In this document: in pieces, positions 1-9,485 of the stretch
Numbering within the stretch: position 1 is the first letter of the stretch
Layout of the letters: every line of letters starts with the position of its first letter
DNA from: an uncultured Peptococcaceae bacterium
GTDB taxonomy: Bacteria; Bacillota; Dehalobacteriia; UBA4068; UBA4997
Direction: 5' to 3'
Assembly: GCA_947625705.1 (NCBI GenBank)
Contig: CANQPG010000005.1
Location: 2,531 to 66,530 of the forward strand
DNA length: 64,000 nt
Program-made: the position numbers and the translations under genes
The notes under the pieces: generated by a model
What the model was told of the DNA's origin: nothing
The model's database searches: none
What the model saw: the letters and a program-made list of their open reading frames with translations, nothing else

Positions 1-2318
1 TATCGCCGCCACCGGAGGAAGCAGCCGGCTGCAGCGCCAGTATAGCTGCGCTTAAGTTGGCGGCCGCCCGCTGCACCGCCGCGTTATCGGCGATATTATT
101 GTCATATACCTCCTGCGCTGCGGTAAGCGCCCGCTGCAATGTCGTCCAGCTGGCGGCGGTATAATCCGCCTCTTTGAGCGCCGCGGCCTCTTTGATCTTA
201 GCGGCCAGCGTCGTCCGCAGGTCAACATCAGAAAAATCATAAAGTGTGTTTTCCCCGTTCAGATAGCGCTGATATGCCTCGATGGCATAAATTGCCTGCA
301 AAGCGCTCGTTTTGTTGGTATATTCATCGGTATATTGGTGCAGGAAAGCGCCGTCCTCCTGCTGATAACTGAGCAGGCCGGTGATCAGGTTACGCGCCGG
401 GCTTTTCACAAAGCCGCCTTCCGGGTCGACCGGATCCTTGTCCAGCATGGTCAGCGCCAGGATAACCTGCGCCACTGACTCGGAGGAGTCATAGCGGCAG
501 TTTTCGGGCAGCTCGTTCTGCAGATATACCAGCGCCTTATCCACCGCCGCCTTGGCTGCCGCATTGGCGTCCACATAAGGCGCCAGCGCCTGAACCGCCA
601 TCGCCGTCATATCAACGCTGGAGGTCACGTTGTCATTCAAACCAAAGCCGCCGGTTTCCGGGTTCTGATATTTGGTAATCAGCTCGTTCACAAGATTGCT
701 GCGCGTCCACGGCGCGTCTACCGGCACGGCATAATCACGGCTGTCCAGCGCGATCAGCGCCCACATCGGCTCGTTGCCGCCGCTGGTGATGGACTCGCTG
801 CGGCAAAGCATATCAATAAGGTCAATTCCCGCAAAATCAGAGGCGTCCTCGCCCAGCACGCCCAGGGTGAGGATCACTCTGGCCAGCGTGGTCGGTTTCA
901 GGTTGCTCGCCTTGGGGTTCTGATAAGTTGTTTTAACCGAGGGCAGATACTCCGTCATATTGACCGTCACACCGGAGCGCGTCAGCGTGAACACACTCCA
1001 TTCCAGGCCGAATTTATATGCCTTATTGCCATCGGCAGCCTTAACACTCGCCAGCGCTTTCGTTTTGGCTTCTGCGGCCAGGGCGGGGCTGTCCACCGCC
1101 GCGCCCTCGCCCACCGTTACCGTAAACGTAATGGGCTTGGCACTGCCGGTCGTATCCACCGGCGTGCCGGTTACGGTGACCGTGCCGGGCGCAATGCCGG
1201 TCAGCTGATACTGATCGTTGGCCACACAGCTTTCCAGTTCAGTCTTCGGGCTGATCGTGGCCGTCCCGCGGTTTATCTCCACCACGCCGTCGCCGCTATA
1301 TGTCCAGGTCATGCCCGGCTCCGTCACATGATAACCCTCGGCGGATTTGGAACCGGTAAATTGCAGCGGCAGGTCGATCGTCTGATTTTCCGCCACGGTG
1401 AACGTCTGCTGATCCTCCGGCAGCGCAACGCTTGTCACCGGGTTCAGATATTGCAGCGTGATCTCGCTTTGGGCGGCCACCGGCGTGGTCAACCCGGCGT
1501 CATTTGTCGTAACGCTCAGCGTCACCGTGCCCGCCTTTTTGGGCGACACCCCGGAGGAGGTGAATTTCGCCGTCGTTTCATCAGCGGACGCATAGGTCAA
1601 TTTCTTGGGATAGCTGGCGTTAGCGGGCTCCACACTTAGCGTCAACACATCGCCATTCAGCTTGATATTCTGAAAACTGCCGGTGGACGCACTGCGCTCG
1701 TGGATAAAATATTCGCCCGGCGTCAGAATAGTAAGCTCGCTTACCGGCACATAAGTGGACGTCACCGTCACGGTGGCCGTTTGCTCAAAGCCGGTGGCCG
1801 TAATGGTAATCTGGCCGGGTGCGCTGGCGCTGAACGTTCCCTTGGTGTTGTTGTGACTGTTTGAGCCCTTATAAGTCAGCATCAGATCGCTGACCGGCAC
1901 GTCCGTCCAAGTACCGTCGACCAGCCTTTGCGGCTGCAAAGTCAGCGTGACACCGCCCGCCACGGTATATGCCGCGTACGGCGTAACCTCCGTCAGATAC
2001 TCGCCGGTCACCCCCCAGGCGCAGCGTAGGCTCCGCCGGTTCCGCCGGTTCCGTCGGTTCCGCAGGTTCTGCTTCGTCTGCCGGCATTTCCGGTGCTGCG
2101 GCAGGTTCCGCTTCAGCTGCCGCCGTTTCCGTTGCTGCGGCAGGTTCCGCTTCAGTTTCTGCAGCTGCCGGTGCGGGTTCGGCACTTGCCCCGGTATCTG
2201 CCGCCAACTGTGCCGGCGCGGCTATCTCTGCCGCCTCCTCGCTGCCCAAAGCAATCACCGGCAAAAATGAAAGCACCAGCACCAATGCCAGCGCCATTGC
2301 TCCAAAAAGTTTCTTCAT
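1..2318 (-). CDS. Large secreted surface protein, 3' end outside the window. It has a signal peptide, an Ala/Glu/Pro-rich (AEPAEPTEP) linker, Ig-like (Big_2-type) beta domains and a prenyltransferase/squalene-cyclase-like alpha-toroid repeat region. There is an apparent frameshift at a C6 run near 2010-2016.
   Basis: ORF 1869..2318 gives MKKLFGAMALALVLVLSFLPVIALG followed by AEPAEP repeats. Translating the adjacent minus-strand frame below 2010 continues without stops to position 1, giving Ig-like and GGFG/WALIAL-type motifs. The frame change is at 'cacccccc'. Confidence 0.55.
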
Positions 2319-2416
2319 CTTATAACCAACCCCCTCTGCTTACATAAATATAGCATTGCCAAAGCGCCGTTGTCAATAAACTTTGCCGCTTTTAAGCCCG
2401 CGCCCGCGCGCCCGAT

Positions 2417-2433
2417 TTTACAAGCATTTAACA
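2417..2433 (+). promoter_or_regulatory. Candidate Pho box (PhoP/PhoB binding site): direct repeats TTTACA-N5-TTAACA upstream of pstS.
   Basis: Seen directly: tttacaAGCATttaaca about 95 nt upstream of the pstS start. This matches the TT(A/T/C)ACA direct repeats at 11-bp periodicity known from Bacillus PhoP sites. The TATGAT -10-like hexamer lies at 2466-2471. Confidence 0.4.
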
Positions 2434-2527
2434 TTGGCGCGATAACGGATTTGATTTATATGCGGTATGATAAAGCCGTAACCGCAAGGAATATTAAAAA
2501 ATTTAATTGGCAAAGGAGAACATTAAA

Positions 2528-3334
2528 ATGAAGAAATTTTTGACACTTATGCTGACGGCGGCTTTGGCGTTATCATTGCTGGGCGGCTGCTCCGAGACAA
2601 AGGGCGGCACGGTGGCCACCGACGGCTCCACCTCGATGGAAGAAGTTATCGGCGTTCTGGGCGAGGCGTTTATGGCGCAGAACGATGGCGTCACCTTTAC
2701 TTACAACCCGACGGGTTCCGGCTCCGGTATCACGGCGGTGCAGGAGGGGCGCTGTGATATCGGCCTTTCCAGCCGCAGTCTGAAAGATGAGGAAAAGGCC
2801 GCGGGGCTTTCCGAGACCGTGCTGGCCTATGACGGTATCGCGATCATCGTCAACCCCGCCAACCCCGTGGCTGACCTGACGCTTGATCAGATCGCCGCGA
2901 TCTTCACCGGCGAAATTACGAATTGGCGCGAGGTCGGCGGAGATGACGCGGCGATCGTGCTGATCGGGCGCGAGGCCGGCAGCGGCACCCGCGACGGTTT
3001 TGAGTCCATCACCGGCACCAAGGACGCCTGCGCCTACCGCCAGGAGCTGACCTCCACCGGCGACGTGATCACCACCGTATCCTCTAACGCCGACGCCATC
3101 GGCTATGCTTCGCTGGCCGCCGTTAAGGATAGCGTAAAGGCGCTGGCCGTGGGCGGCGTGACCCCCGACGAAGCCAGCGTTAAAGACGGCAGCTATGTGG
3201 TGCAGCGCCCGTTCGTCCTCGTCACCAAGAGCGATACCGCTCTTTCCGAGACGGCGCAGCAGTTCTATGACTTCGCCACCTCTGCCGACGCAGCGGAGCT
3301 GATCGCCGGCGCGGGCGTGGTGGCGGCGCAGTAA
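2528..3334 (+). CDS. pstS: Phosphate ABC transporter substrate-binding lipoprotein PstS
   Basis: Lipoprotein signal MKKFLTLMLTAALALSLLGGCS. PstS family motifs are present (DGSTS...SGSG...GIAIIVN). It is the first gene of the pst operon. RBS AAAGGAGAA lies upstream. Confidence 0.9.
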   Translation: MKKFLTLMLTAALALSLLGGCSETKGGTVATDGSTSMEEVIGVLGEAFMAQNDGVTFTYNPTGSGSGITAVQEGRCDIGLSSRSLKDEEKAAGLSETVLAYDGIAIIVNPANPVADLTLDQIAAIFTGEITNWREVGGDDAAIVLIGREAGSGTRDGFESITGTKDACAYRQELTSTGDVITTVSSNADAIGYASLAAVKDSVKALAVGGVTPDEASVKDGSYVVQRPFVLVTKSDTALSETAQQFYDFATSADAAELIAGAGVVAAQ

Positions 3335-3336
3335 GC

Positions 3337-4206
3337 ATGAAAAACCGGAAGCAACTGGCCGAAAACGCCGTTCACGGCGTTTTCCTGCTGCTCGGCCTGA
3401 TCACGGTGGGCTGCGTGCTGCTCATCACGGTATACCTGATCATTTCGGGTATTCCGGCCATTCGCCAAATCGGCCTCTTTAACTTCCTGTTCGGGCGTGA
3501 GTGGGCGTCCACCGCCGCCGAGCCGGCGTTTGGGATACTCCCGTTTATCCTGACGAGTATTTACGGCACGGTCGGGGCGATCATTTTAGGCGTGCCCGTC
3601 GGCTTTATGACGGCGGTGTATCTGGCCAAAGTTGCCCCGCCGCGCGTCAAAGCCGCTGCCGCGCACGCCGTCAGCCTGCTGGCGGGTATCCCCTCGGTGG
3701 TCTGCGGCCTGATCGGTATGCGGGTGCTGGTGCCGGGGATCCGCGCCCTGTTTAATGTCCCGGACGGCGCCAGTCTTTTGGCCGCGATCATTGTGCTGGC
3801 CGTGATGATCCTCCCCTCGATCATCAACGTGTCGATCACCGCGCTGGAAGCCGTGCCCAAGGAATATGAGGAAGCGTCGCTGGCCTTGGGGGCGACGCCG
3901 GTGGAAACCTATTTCCGCGTCTCCGTCCCCGCCGCCAAAAGCGGCATTGCCGCCGCCGTCGTGCTCGGCGTCGGGCGCGCTGTCGGCGAGGCGATGGCCG
4001 TGATGATGGTGGCGGGCAACGCGGCCAATATGCCCTCGCTGTTTGAAAGCGTCCGCTTTTTAACCACCGCCGTAGCCAGCGAGATGTCATATTCCGGCGG
4101 CTTGCAGCGCCAGGCGCTGTTTTCCATCGCGCTGGTGCTGTTCCTGTTCATAATGCTGATCAACGCGGTGTTGAATTTCTTTTTGAAGCGCAGTAAGGAG
4201 AAGTGA
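3337..4206 (+). CDS. pstC: Phosphate ABC transporter permease PstC
   Basis: 289 aa polytopic membrane protein with the EAA-like motif (EEASLALGAT). Its position matches the pst operon. Confidence 0.9.
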   Translation: MKNRKQLAENAVHGVFLLLGLITVGCVLLITVYLIISGIPAIRQIGLFNFLFGREWASTAAEPAFGILPFILTSIYGTVGAIILGVPVGFMTAVYLAKVAPPRVKAAAAHAVSLLAGIPSVVCGLIGMRVLVPGIRALFNVPDGASLLAAIIVLAVMILPSIINVSITALEAVPKEYEEASLALGATPVETYFRVSVPAAKSGIAAAVVLGVGRAVGEAMAVMMVAGNAANMPSLFESVRFLTTAVASEMSYSGGLQRQALFSIALVLFLFIMLINAVLNFFLKRSKEK

Positions 4207-5072
4207 GCATGGCCAAAAACAGTATTTCCGCCAAACGCAAGGGATATATCGGCCTGATGCGAGCGCTGATGGTACTATCCGCCGCGCTCACCTGCGCTTT
4301 GGTGCTGTTTATGATCGCCTATGTGCTGGCCAAAGGGCTGCCGCACATCACCTGGGGTCTGCTCGCCACTGCCCCCAGTTATATGCAGGATACCGTCGGT
4401 ATTCTGCCGGATATTCTGAACACCGTCTACATCATCATCGCCACGCTGGCTGTCGTGATCCCGCTCGGCGCAGGCGCGGCGGTCTATCTGACGGAATACG
4501 CCGCCAACAAGCGGCTCGTTGCCGTCATCGAATACGCCGCCGAGACCCTATCCGGTATCCCCTCGATCATCTACGGTCTGGTGGGCATGCTGTTTTTCTG
4601 CGAGTTTCTGAATATGCAGACGTCGCTGCTGGCGGGCGCGCTGACGCTGGTCATCATGAACCTGCCCACCGTTATGCGCACGACGCAGGAAAGCCTGAAA
4701 ACCGTGCCGCAGAGCTACCGCGAGGGCGCCTTCGGCCTGGGCGCCGGCAAATGGCGGGTGATACGCACAGTGGTGCTGCCGGGCTGTATCGACGGCGTCA
4801 TCACGGGCTGCATACTCTCGGCGGGGCGGATCCTTGGCGAATCGGCGGCGCTGCTGTTTACGGCGGGCGTGGCCCACGTGGTGAACGGCTTTTTCGCGGG
4901 GCTGGCCGGCTCCGGCGCAACGCTGACGGTGGCATTGTATTTCTATGCCAAGGAGCGCGGCGACTTTGAGACGGCCTTTGCCATCGCCGCCATTTTAATG
5001 CTGCTGACGCTGCTGATCAATCTGCTGGCTTGGCTTGTCGGCGCGCTTTGCAAACGCAGGAGGAATGTTTGA
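4203..5072 (+). CDS. pstA: Phosphate ABC transporter permease PstA
   Basis: 289 aa permease with the motif [19 protein letters not shown]. It overlaps pstC and pstB. Confidence 0.9.
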   Translation: MSMAKNSISAKRKGYIGLMRALMVLSAALTCALVLFMIAYVLAKGLPHITWGLLATAPSYMQDTVGILPDILNTVYIIIATLAVVIPLGAGAAVYLTEYAANKRLVAVIEYAAETLSGIPSIIYGLVGMLFFCEFLNMQTSLLAGALTLVIMNLPTVMRTTQESLKTVPQSYREGAFGLGAGKWRVIRTVVLPGCIDGVITGCILSAGRILGESAALLFTAGVAHVVNGFFAGLAGSGATLTVALYFYAKERGDFETAFAIAAILMLLTLLINLLAWLVGALCKRRRNV

Positions 5073-5823
5073 ACCTATGATTACCGTAAACGACCTGTGC
5101 CTTTGGTATGGCAGCGCCCAGGCACTGCACCATATCAATATGGCCATACCCGAAAAGTCCATCACCGCGCTGATCGGCCCCTCCGGCTGCGGCAAATCGA
5201 CGTTTTTGAAAACGCTGAACCGCATGAACGATCTGATCCCCGGCGTGAAGATCAGCGGCGAGGTCTTATATAACGGCGAGAATATTTTTGCCCCCGGCGT
5301 GGACGTGAATATGCTGCGCAAGGAGATCGGCATGGCGTTCCAAAAGCCCAACCCTTTCCCGATGAGCATTTACGACAACATCGCCTACGGCCCCCGCACG
5401 CACGGCATAACCAGCCGTATTCAGCTGGACGATATCGTGGAGCGGTCGCTGCGCGGCGCCGCCATCTGGGACGAGGTGAAGGATCGTCTGAAGAAGAACG
5501 CCCACGGCCTTTCCGGCGGCCAGCAGCAGCGGCTTTGCATTGCCCGCGCCCTGGCGGTGGAACCGGACGTGATTTTGATGGACGAACCGACCAGCGCCCT
5601 CGACCCGATCTCCACCTCCAAAATCGAGGAACTGGCCATCTCGCTGAAAGAAAAATACACCATCATCATCGTCACCCACAACATGCAGCAGGCGGTGCGC
5701 ATTTCCGATAAAACCGCGTTCTTCCTGCTGGGCGAGATGATCGAATATGACGACACGGAAAAAATCTTCGCCATGCCGCGCGATAAAAGGACGGAAGACT
5801 ATATCACTGGGAGGTTCGGTTAA
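5065..5823 (+). CDS. pstB: Phosphate import ATP-binding protein PstB
   Basis: Walker [10 protein letters not shown], signature LSGGQQQRL and Walker B ILMDEP. The likely start is [11 protein letters not shown], which lies within ORF 5035..5823. Confidence 0.9.
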   Translation: MFEPMITVNDLCLWYGSAQALHHINMAIPEKSITALIGPSGCGKSTFLKTLNRMNDLIPGVKISGEVLYNGENIFAPGVDVNMLRKEIGMAFQKPNPFPMSIYDNIAYGPRTHGITSRIQLDDIVERSLRGAAIWDEVKDRLKKNAHGLSGGQQQRLCIARALAVEPDVILMDEPTSALDPISTSKIEELAISLKEKYTIIIVTHNMQQAVRISDKTAFFLLGEMIEYDDTEKIFAMPRDKRTEDYITGRFG

Positions 5824-6458
5824 TGCGTTCTAAATTTGACGAACAGCTCGCGCTGCTGCATAAGGAGCTGATGACGATGGGGGCGCTCTGCGAAAGCGCC
5901 ATTGCCCTGGCCGCCGCCGCAATGGAGGGCGGCGATACGACCAAAACTCAAAAGGTTTTTGATTACTCTGCCCAAATTGCCCACAAAGAGCGGGATATCG
6001 AGGGTATGTGTATGCGGCTGCTGCTGCAGCAGCAGCCGGTGGCGAAAGATCTGCGGGTGATCTCCTCGGCGCTTAAAATGGTGACGGATATGCAGCGTAT
6101 CGGCAACAATTCCGGCGATATTGCCGAAATTGTCAATATGGGGCATATCAAAGCCGCGCATGACAAGCTGCATATTCAAGACATGGCGCAGGCCACCATC
6201 AAAATGGTGACGGAAAGCATTGACGCGTTTGTTAAAAACGACGCGGCGCTGGCCAAAGCCGTCATCGCCTATGACGACGTGGTGGACGACCATTTCGACC
6301 GTATCAAAACCGCGCTGATCGACCTGCTGCGGGCGCATGACGCCGACGGCGAATATGTGCTTGACCTGCTGATGATCGCCAAGTATCTGGAACGCATGGG
6401 CGACCACGCCGTTAACATTGCCGAATGGGTGATTTTCTCGATCACCGGCCGCAAATAA
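5823..6458 (+). CDS. phoU: Phosphate transport system regulator PhoU
   Basis: 211 aa. It has the duplicated PhoU helical repeat and the conserved motif AKYLERMGDHAVNIAEW. It lies immediately after pstB. Confidence 0.9.
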   Translation: MRSKFDEQLALLHKELMTMGALCESAIALAAAAMEGGDTTKTQKVFDYSAQIAHKERDIEGMCMRLLLQQQPVAKDLRVISSALKMVTDMQRIGNNSGDIAEIVNMGHIKAAHDKLHIQDMAQATIKMVTESIDAFVKNDAALAKAVIAYDDVVDDHFDRIKTALIDLLRAHDADGEYVLDLLMIAKYLERMGDHAVNIAEWVIFSITGRK

Positions 6459-6520
6459 GCCGCCGCAGGCGTTGAAGTCAGGCATATTATGAGTTATACT
6501 ATCGGCAGGGAGGTGTAAAG

Positions 6521-7195
6521 ATGATTTTTTGCGTGGAAGACGACAACGCTATCCGCGAGCTGATGATATATACGCTTACCTCGGCCGGTTTTGCGGCGAG
6601 TGGTTTCGGCTCTGCCGACGAGCTTTATGCCGCCCTGAAGCAGGAGCAGCCCCAGCTGATCATGCTGGATATCATGCTGCCCGGCGAGGACGGCATTGCC
6701 ATTTTGAAAAATCTGCGCGGCCGGGCGGCAACGGCCAATATCCCCGTCATCATGGCCACGGCCAAGGGCGCCGAATATGACAAGGTGATCGGCCTTGACC
6801 TGGGCGCGGACGATTATCTGACCAAGCCGTTCGGCATGATGGAAATGGTCTCGCGCGTGCGGGCGGTGCTTCGGCGCACCGCGCCCAAGGATACGGCCAA
6901 AGTATTGCAGGCGGGCGATCTTACGCTGAATACCGGCGAGCACACCGTGTTTGCAGGCGGCCGGCGGGTACAGCTGACCCTGAAAGAATATGAGCTTTTG
7001 CAGCTGTTTATGGCCAATCCGGGGCTGGTCTTCACCCGCGATCAGCTGCTCAGCAGCGTTTGGGGCGAAGGTTATGTGGGCGAAACACGCACGGTAGACG
7101 TACACATCGCCACTCTGCGCACCAAGCTCGGCGCCTGCGGCGATTACATTGAAACGGTGCGCGGGGTCGGCTACCGTCTGGAGGCCAAATCATGA
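6521..7195 (+). CDS. phoP: OmpR-family response regulator (PhoP/PhoB-type, by context)
   Basis: The receiver domain has D-box MLDIMLPGEDG. The winged-helix C-terminus has RTVDVHIATLRTKL...GVGYRL. The gene follows phoU and overlaps the downstream kinase. Confidence 0.85.
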   Translation: MIFCVEDDNAIRELMIYTLTSAGFAASGFGSADELYAALKQEQPQLIMLDIMLPGEDGIAILKNLRGRAATANIPVIMATAKGAEYDKVIGLDLGADDYLTKPFGMMEMVSRVRAVLRRTAPKDTAKVLQAGDLTLNTGEHTVFAGGRRVQLTLKEYELLQLFMANPGLVFTRDQLLSSVWGEGYVGETRTVDVHIATLRTKLGACGDYIETVRGVGYRLEAKS

Positions 7196-8847
7196 CCAAA
7201 CGTATTTTCCGCTCCATCTGCCTGGCTGCCCTCGGCGTGGCCGCCGCTGCGGTAGTGCTGTTTCTGCTGGTGCTGTACGATTATTTCGGCGGCGTGCAGC
7301 AGCAGCAGCTGCAAATGCAGACGGAGCTGGCCGCGCAGGCTGTCACCAACGAGGGCATAACCTATTTTGACGGCCTGAACAGCGAGCAATACCGCATTAC
7401 CTGGGTCGCCGCGGACGGCAAGGTCATTTACGATAACCGTTCGGACTCCGCCGCGATGGAAAACCACCTGGAACGCGAGGAGATCCGGGCGGCGCTATTG
7501 ACCGGCGAGGGCAAAAGCTCCCGCTATTCCGACACATTGATGGAGCGGGCGCTTTACGCCGCCAAACGCCTGCCCGACGGCTCGGTGATCCGCCTTTCCG
7601 TCTCGCAGCACACTTTGCTGACGCTGTTTTTGGGTATGCTGCAGCCAATTTGCTTCATTATAATTATCGCCGGCGTTTTGTCGCTGGTGCTGGCGTCGCG
7701 CCTGGCCAAAAAAATCGTTGAGCCATTGAACGCGCTGGATCTGGAGCAGCCCTTAAGCAACGAGGGCTATGACGAGCTCTCCCCCCTCCTCCACCGCATT
7801 GACAGCCAGCAGCGGCAAATCAAACGGCAAAGCGAGGAGCTGGCGCAAAAGCAAAAAGAGTTTGAAACCGTCACCGAAAACATGACGGAAGGTATCATAC
7901 TGCTGAACACCAAGGGCGAGGTCATCGGTATCAACCGCGCCGCTCTGCGCCTGTTCGGGGCGGATACCGCCGCTCTCGGGCAGCATATGCTGGCGATCAA
8001 CCGCAGCCCCCAAATCACGGAGCTGCTGGCTGCCGCGGCGGCCGGGCGCCATGCCGAAAAAATGCTGGATATCGCGGGCGGGCGCTATCAGCTCATCTTA
8101 AGCCCGGTGAACAGCGGGAACGTGCCCTCGGGCGCGGTGCTGCTGGTGATCGACGCCACCGAAAAAGAAAAAGCCGAGCAAATGCGGCGGGAGTTTACAG
8201 CGAACGTCTCGCATGAGCTGAAGACGCCGCTGCACACCATCGCAGGCTCGGCGGAGCTTTTGGCCAACAACATGGTCAAAGAAGCCGATAAAATGGCATT
8301 TTATCAACGTATTCAGGCGGAAACGCAGCGCATGATCCGCCTGGTGGAGGATATTATCCGGCTTTCGCACCTGGACGAGGGCGCGGACGACATCAAACGC
8401 GAGCCGGTCGATTTGCTGGCGCTGGCGGCGGAAACGGTTAAGACGTTGCAGCCCGCCGCCGCAAAAGCGCAGGTCAGCCTGACACTTGCGGGCGAAGCCG
8501 CCGTTATCGAGGGTATCCCGCCGCTGCTGCAAAGTATCGTCTATAACCTCTGCGACAACGCCATCAAATATAACCGCGCGGGCGGCAGCGTCGCCGTATC
8601 GGTCACCCGGGCAAATGGTACGGTGCGGCTAAGCGTCGCCGATACCGGGATCGGAATTCCCGCCGAATATCAGGAGCGTATTTTTGAGCGTTTTTACCGG
8701 GTGGATCAAAGCCGCTCCAAGGAGCTGGGCGGCACCGGGCTGGGTCTCGCCATCGTCAAGCACGCGGCCAGACTGCACGGCGCCGAAATCGAGCTTAAAA
8801 GCGCCGCAAACGCCGGCGCCACCGTTACGGTTATTTTCCCGGTCTGA
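7192..8847 (+). CDS. phoR: Sensor histidine kinase (PhoR-type, by context)
   Basis: Two TM segments, PAS-like region, H-box FTANVSHELKTPL, N/G boxes NAIKYN...DTGIGIP...GGTGLGLAIVK. Confidence 0.85.
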   Translation: MTKRIFRSICLAALGVAAAAVVLFLLVLYDYFGGVQQQQLQMQTELAAQAVTNEGITYFDGLNSEQYRITWVAADGKVIYDNRSDSAAMENHLEREEIRAALLTGEGKSSRYSDTLMERALYAAKRLPDGSVIRLSVSQHTLLTLFLGMLQPICFIIIIAGVLSLVLASRLAKKIVEPLNALDLEQPLSNEGYDELSPLLHRIDSQQRQIKRQSEELAQKQKEFETVTENMTEGIILLNTKGEVIGINRAALRLFGADTAALGQHMLAINRSPQITELLAAAAAGRHAEKMLDIAGGRYQLILSPVNSGNVPSGAVLLVIDATEKEKAEQMRREFTANVSHELKTPLHTIAGSAELLANNMVKEADKMAFYQRIQAETQRMIRLVEDIIRLSHLDEGADDIKREPVDLLALAAETVKTLQPAAAKAQVSLTLAGEAAVIEGIPPLLQSIVYNLCDNAIKYNRAGGSVAVSVTRANGTVRLSVADTGIGIPAEYQERIFERFYRVDQSRSKELGGTGLGLAIVKHAARLHGAEIELKSAANAGATVTVIFPV

Positions 8848-8886
8848 AGCCGCCTTTGCCCCTGCGCGGCGCAGCTTATGCCCGTC

Positions 8887-9339
8887 TTAAATCTCGTCCA
8901 ACATCATCGGCGGATTTTCGGCCGCCTTGACTTTGCCGAAAGCCTTTGCAATAACGCCCGCTTCGTTGATAAGATAGGTGGTGCGGACAACGCCCATAGT
9001 GACCTTGCCGTAGTTCTTTTTCTCCTGCCAGACGTCATAGGCCTTGATCGCGGTCAATTCCGGGTCAGAGAGCAGCGTGAAAGGCAGCTCATACTTTGCG
9101 GCAAAATTTTGATGCGATTTAACGGAATCCTTGCTGACGCCGATTACCACCGCGCCTTTCTGCACAAACTGCGGATACAACTCGCCGAAACCGCAGGCCT
9201 GCTTGGTGCAGCCGGGCGTGTTATCCTTGGGGTAAAAGTAAAGAATGACCTTTCGCCCCAGATACTCCGCCAAAGTGTGCATATCCCCATTTTGATCCGG
9301 CAGGCTGAACGCCGGTGCTTTCGTGCCAACTTCAAGCAT
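8887..9339 (-). CDS. bcp: Thioredoxin-dependent peroxiredoxin Bcp
   Basis: 150 aa with FYPKDNTPGCTKQACGF, which is the peroxiredoxin/AhpC-TSA active-site motif. Confidence 0.85.
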   Translation of the reverse strand: MLEVGTKAPAFSLPDQNGDMHTLAEYLGRKVILYFYPKDNTPGCTKQACGFGELYPQFVQKGAVVIGVSKDSVKSHQNFAAKYELPFTLLSDPELTAIKAYDVWQEKKNYGKVTMGVVRTTYLINEAGVIAKAFGKVKAAENPPMMLDEI

Positions 9340-9440
9340 AATAATTCCCTCCGTTCAAAATATTGATCATGCTTTATTGTACAATTTTTTCCTGCTGATT
9401 ACAATAGCCGCCTTGCGCGCCGGGCGGCGGCATGGCAGAC

Positions 9441-9478
9441 AAAAAGCCCCGTTTCCCAAAAGCTTGGGAAACGGGGCT
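9441..9478 (-). terminator. Rho-independent terminator ending the giant-adhesin operon
   Basis: On the minus strand: GAGCCCCGTTTCCCAAGCTTTTGGGAAACGGGGCTTTTTGT, immediately after the stop at 9486. Confidence 0.65.
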
Positions 9479-9485
9479 CATTTAC

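Noticed and set aside
8098-8532. 144-aa minus-strand ORF
   Set aside because: It lies entirely inside the phoR-type kinase gene on the opposite strand, so it is an antisense artefact.
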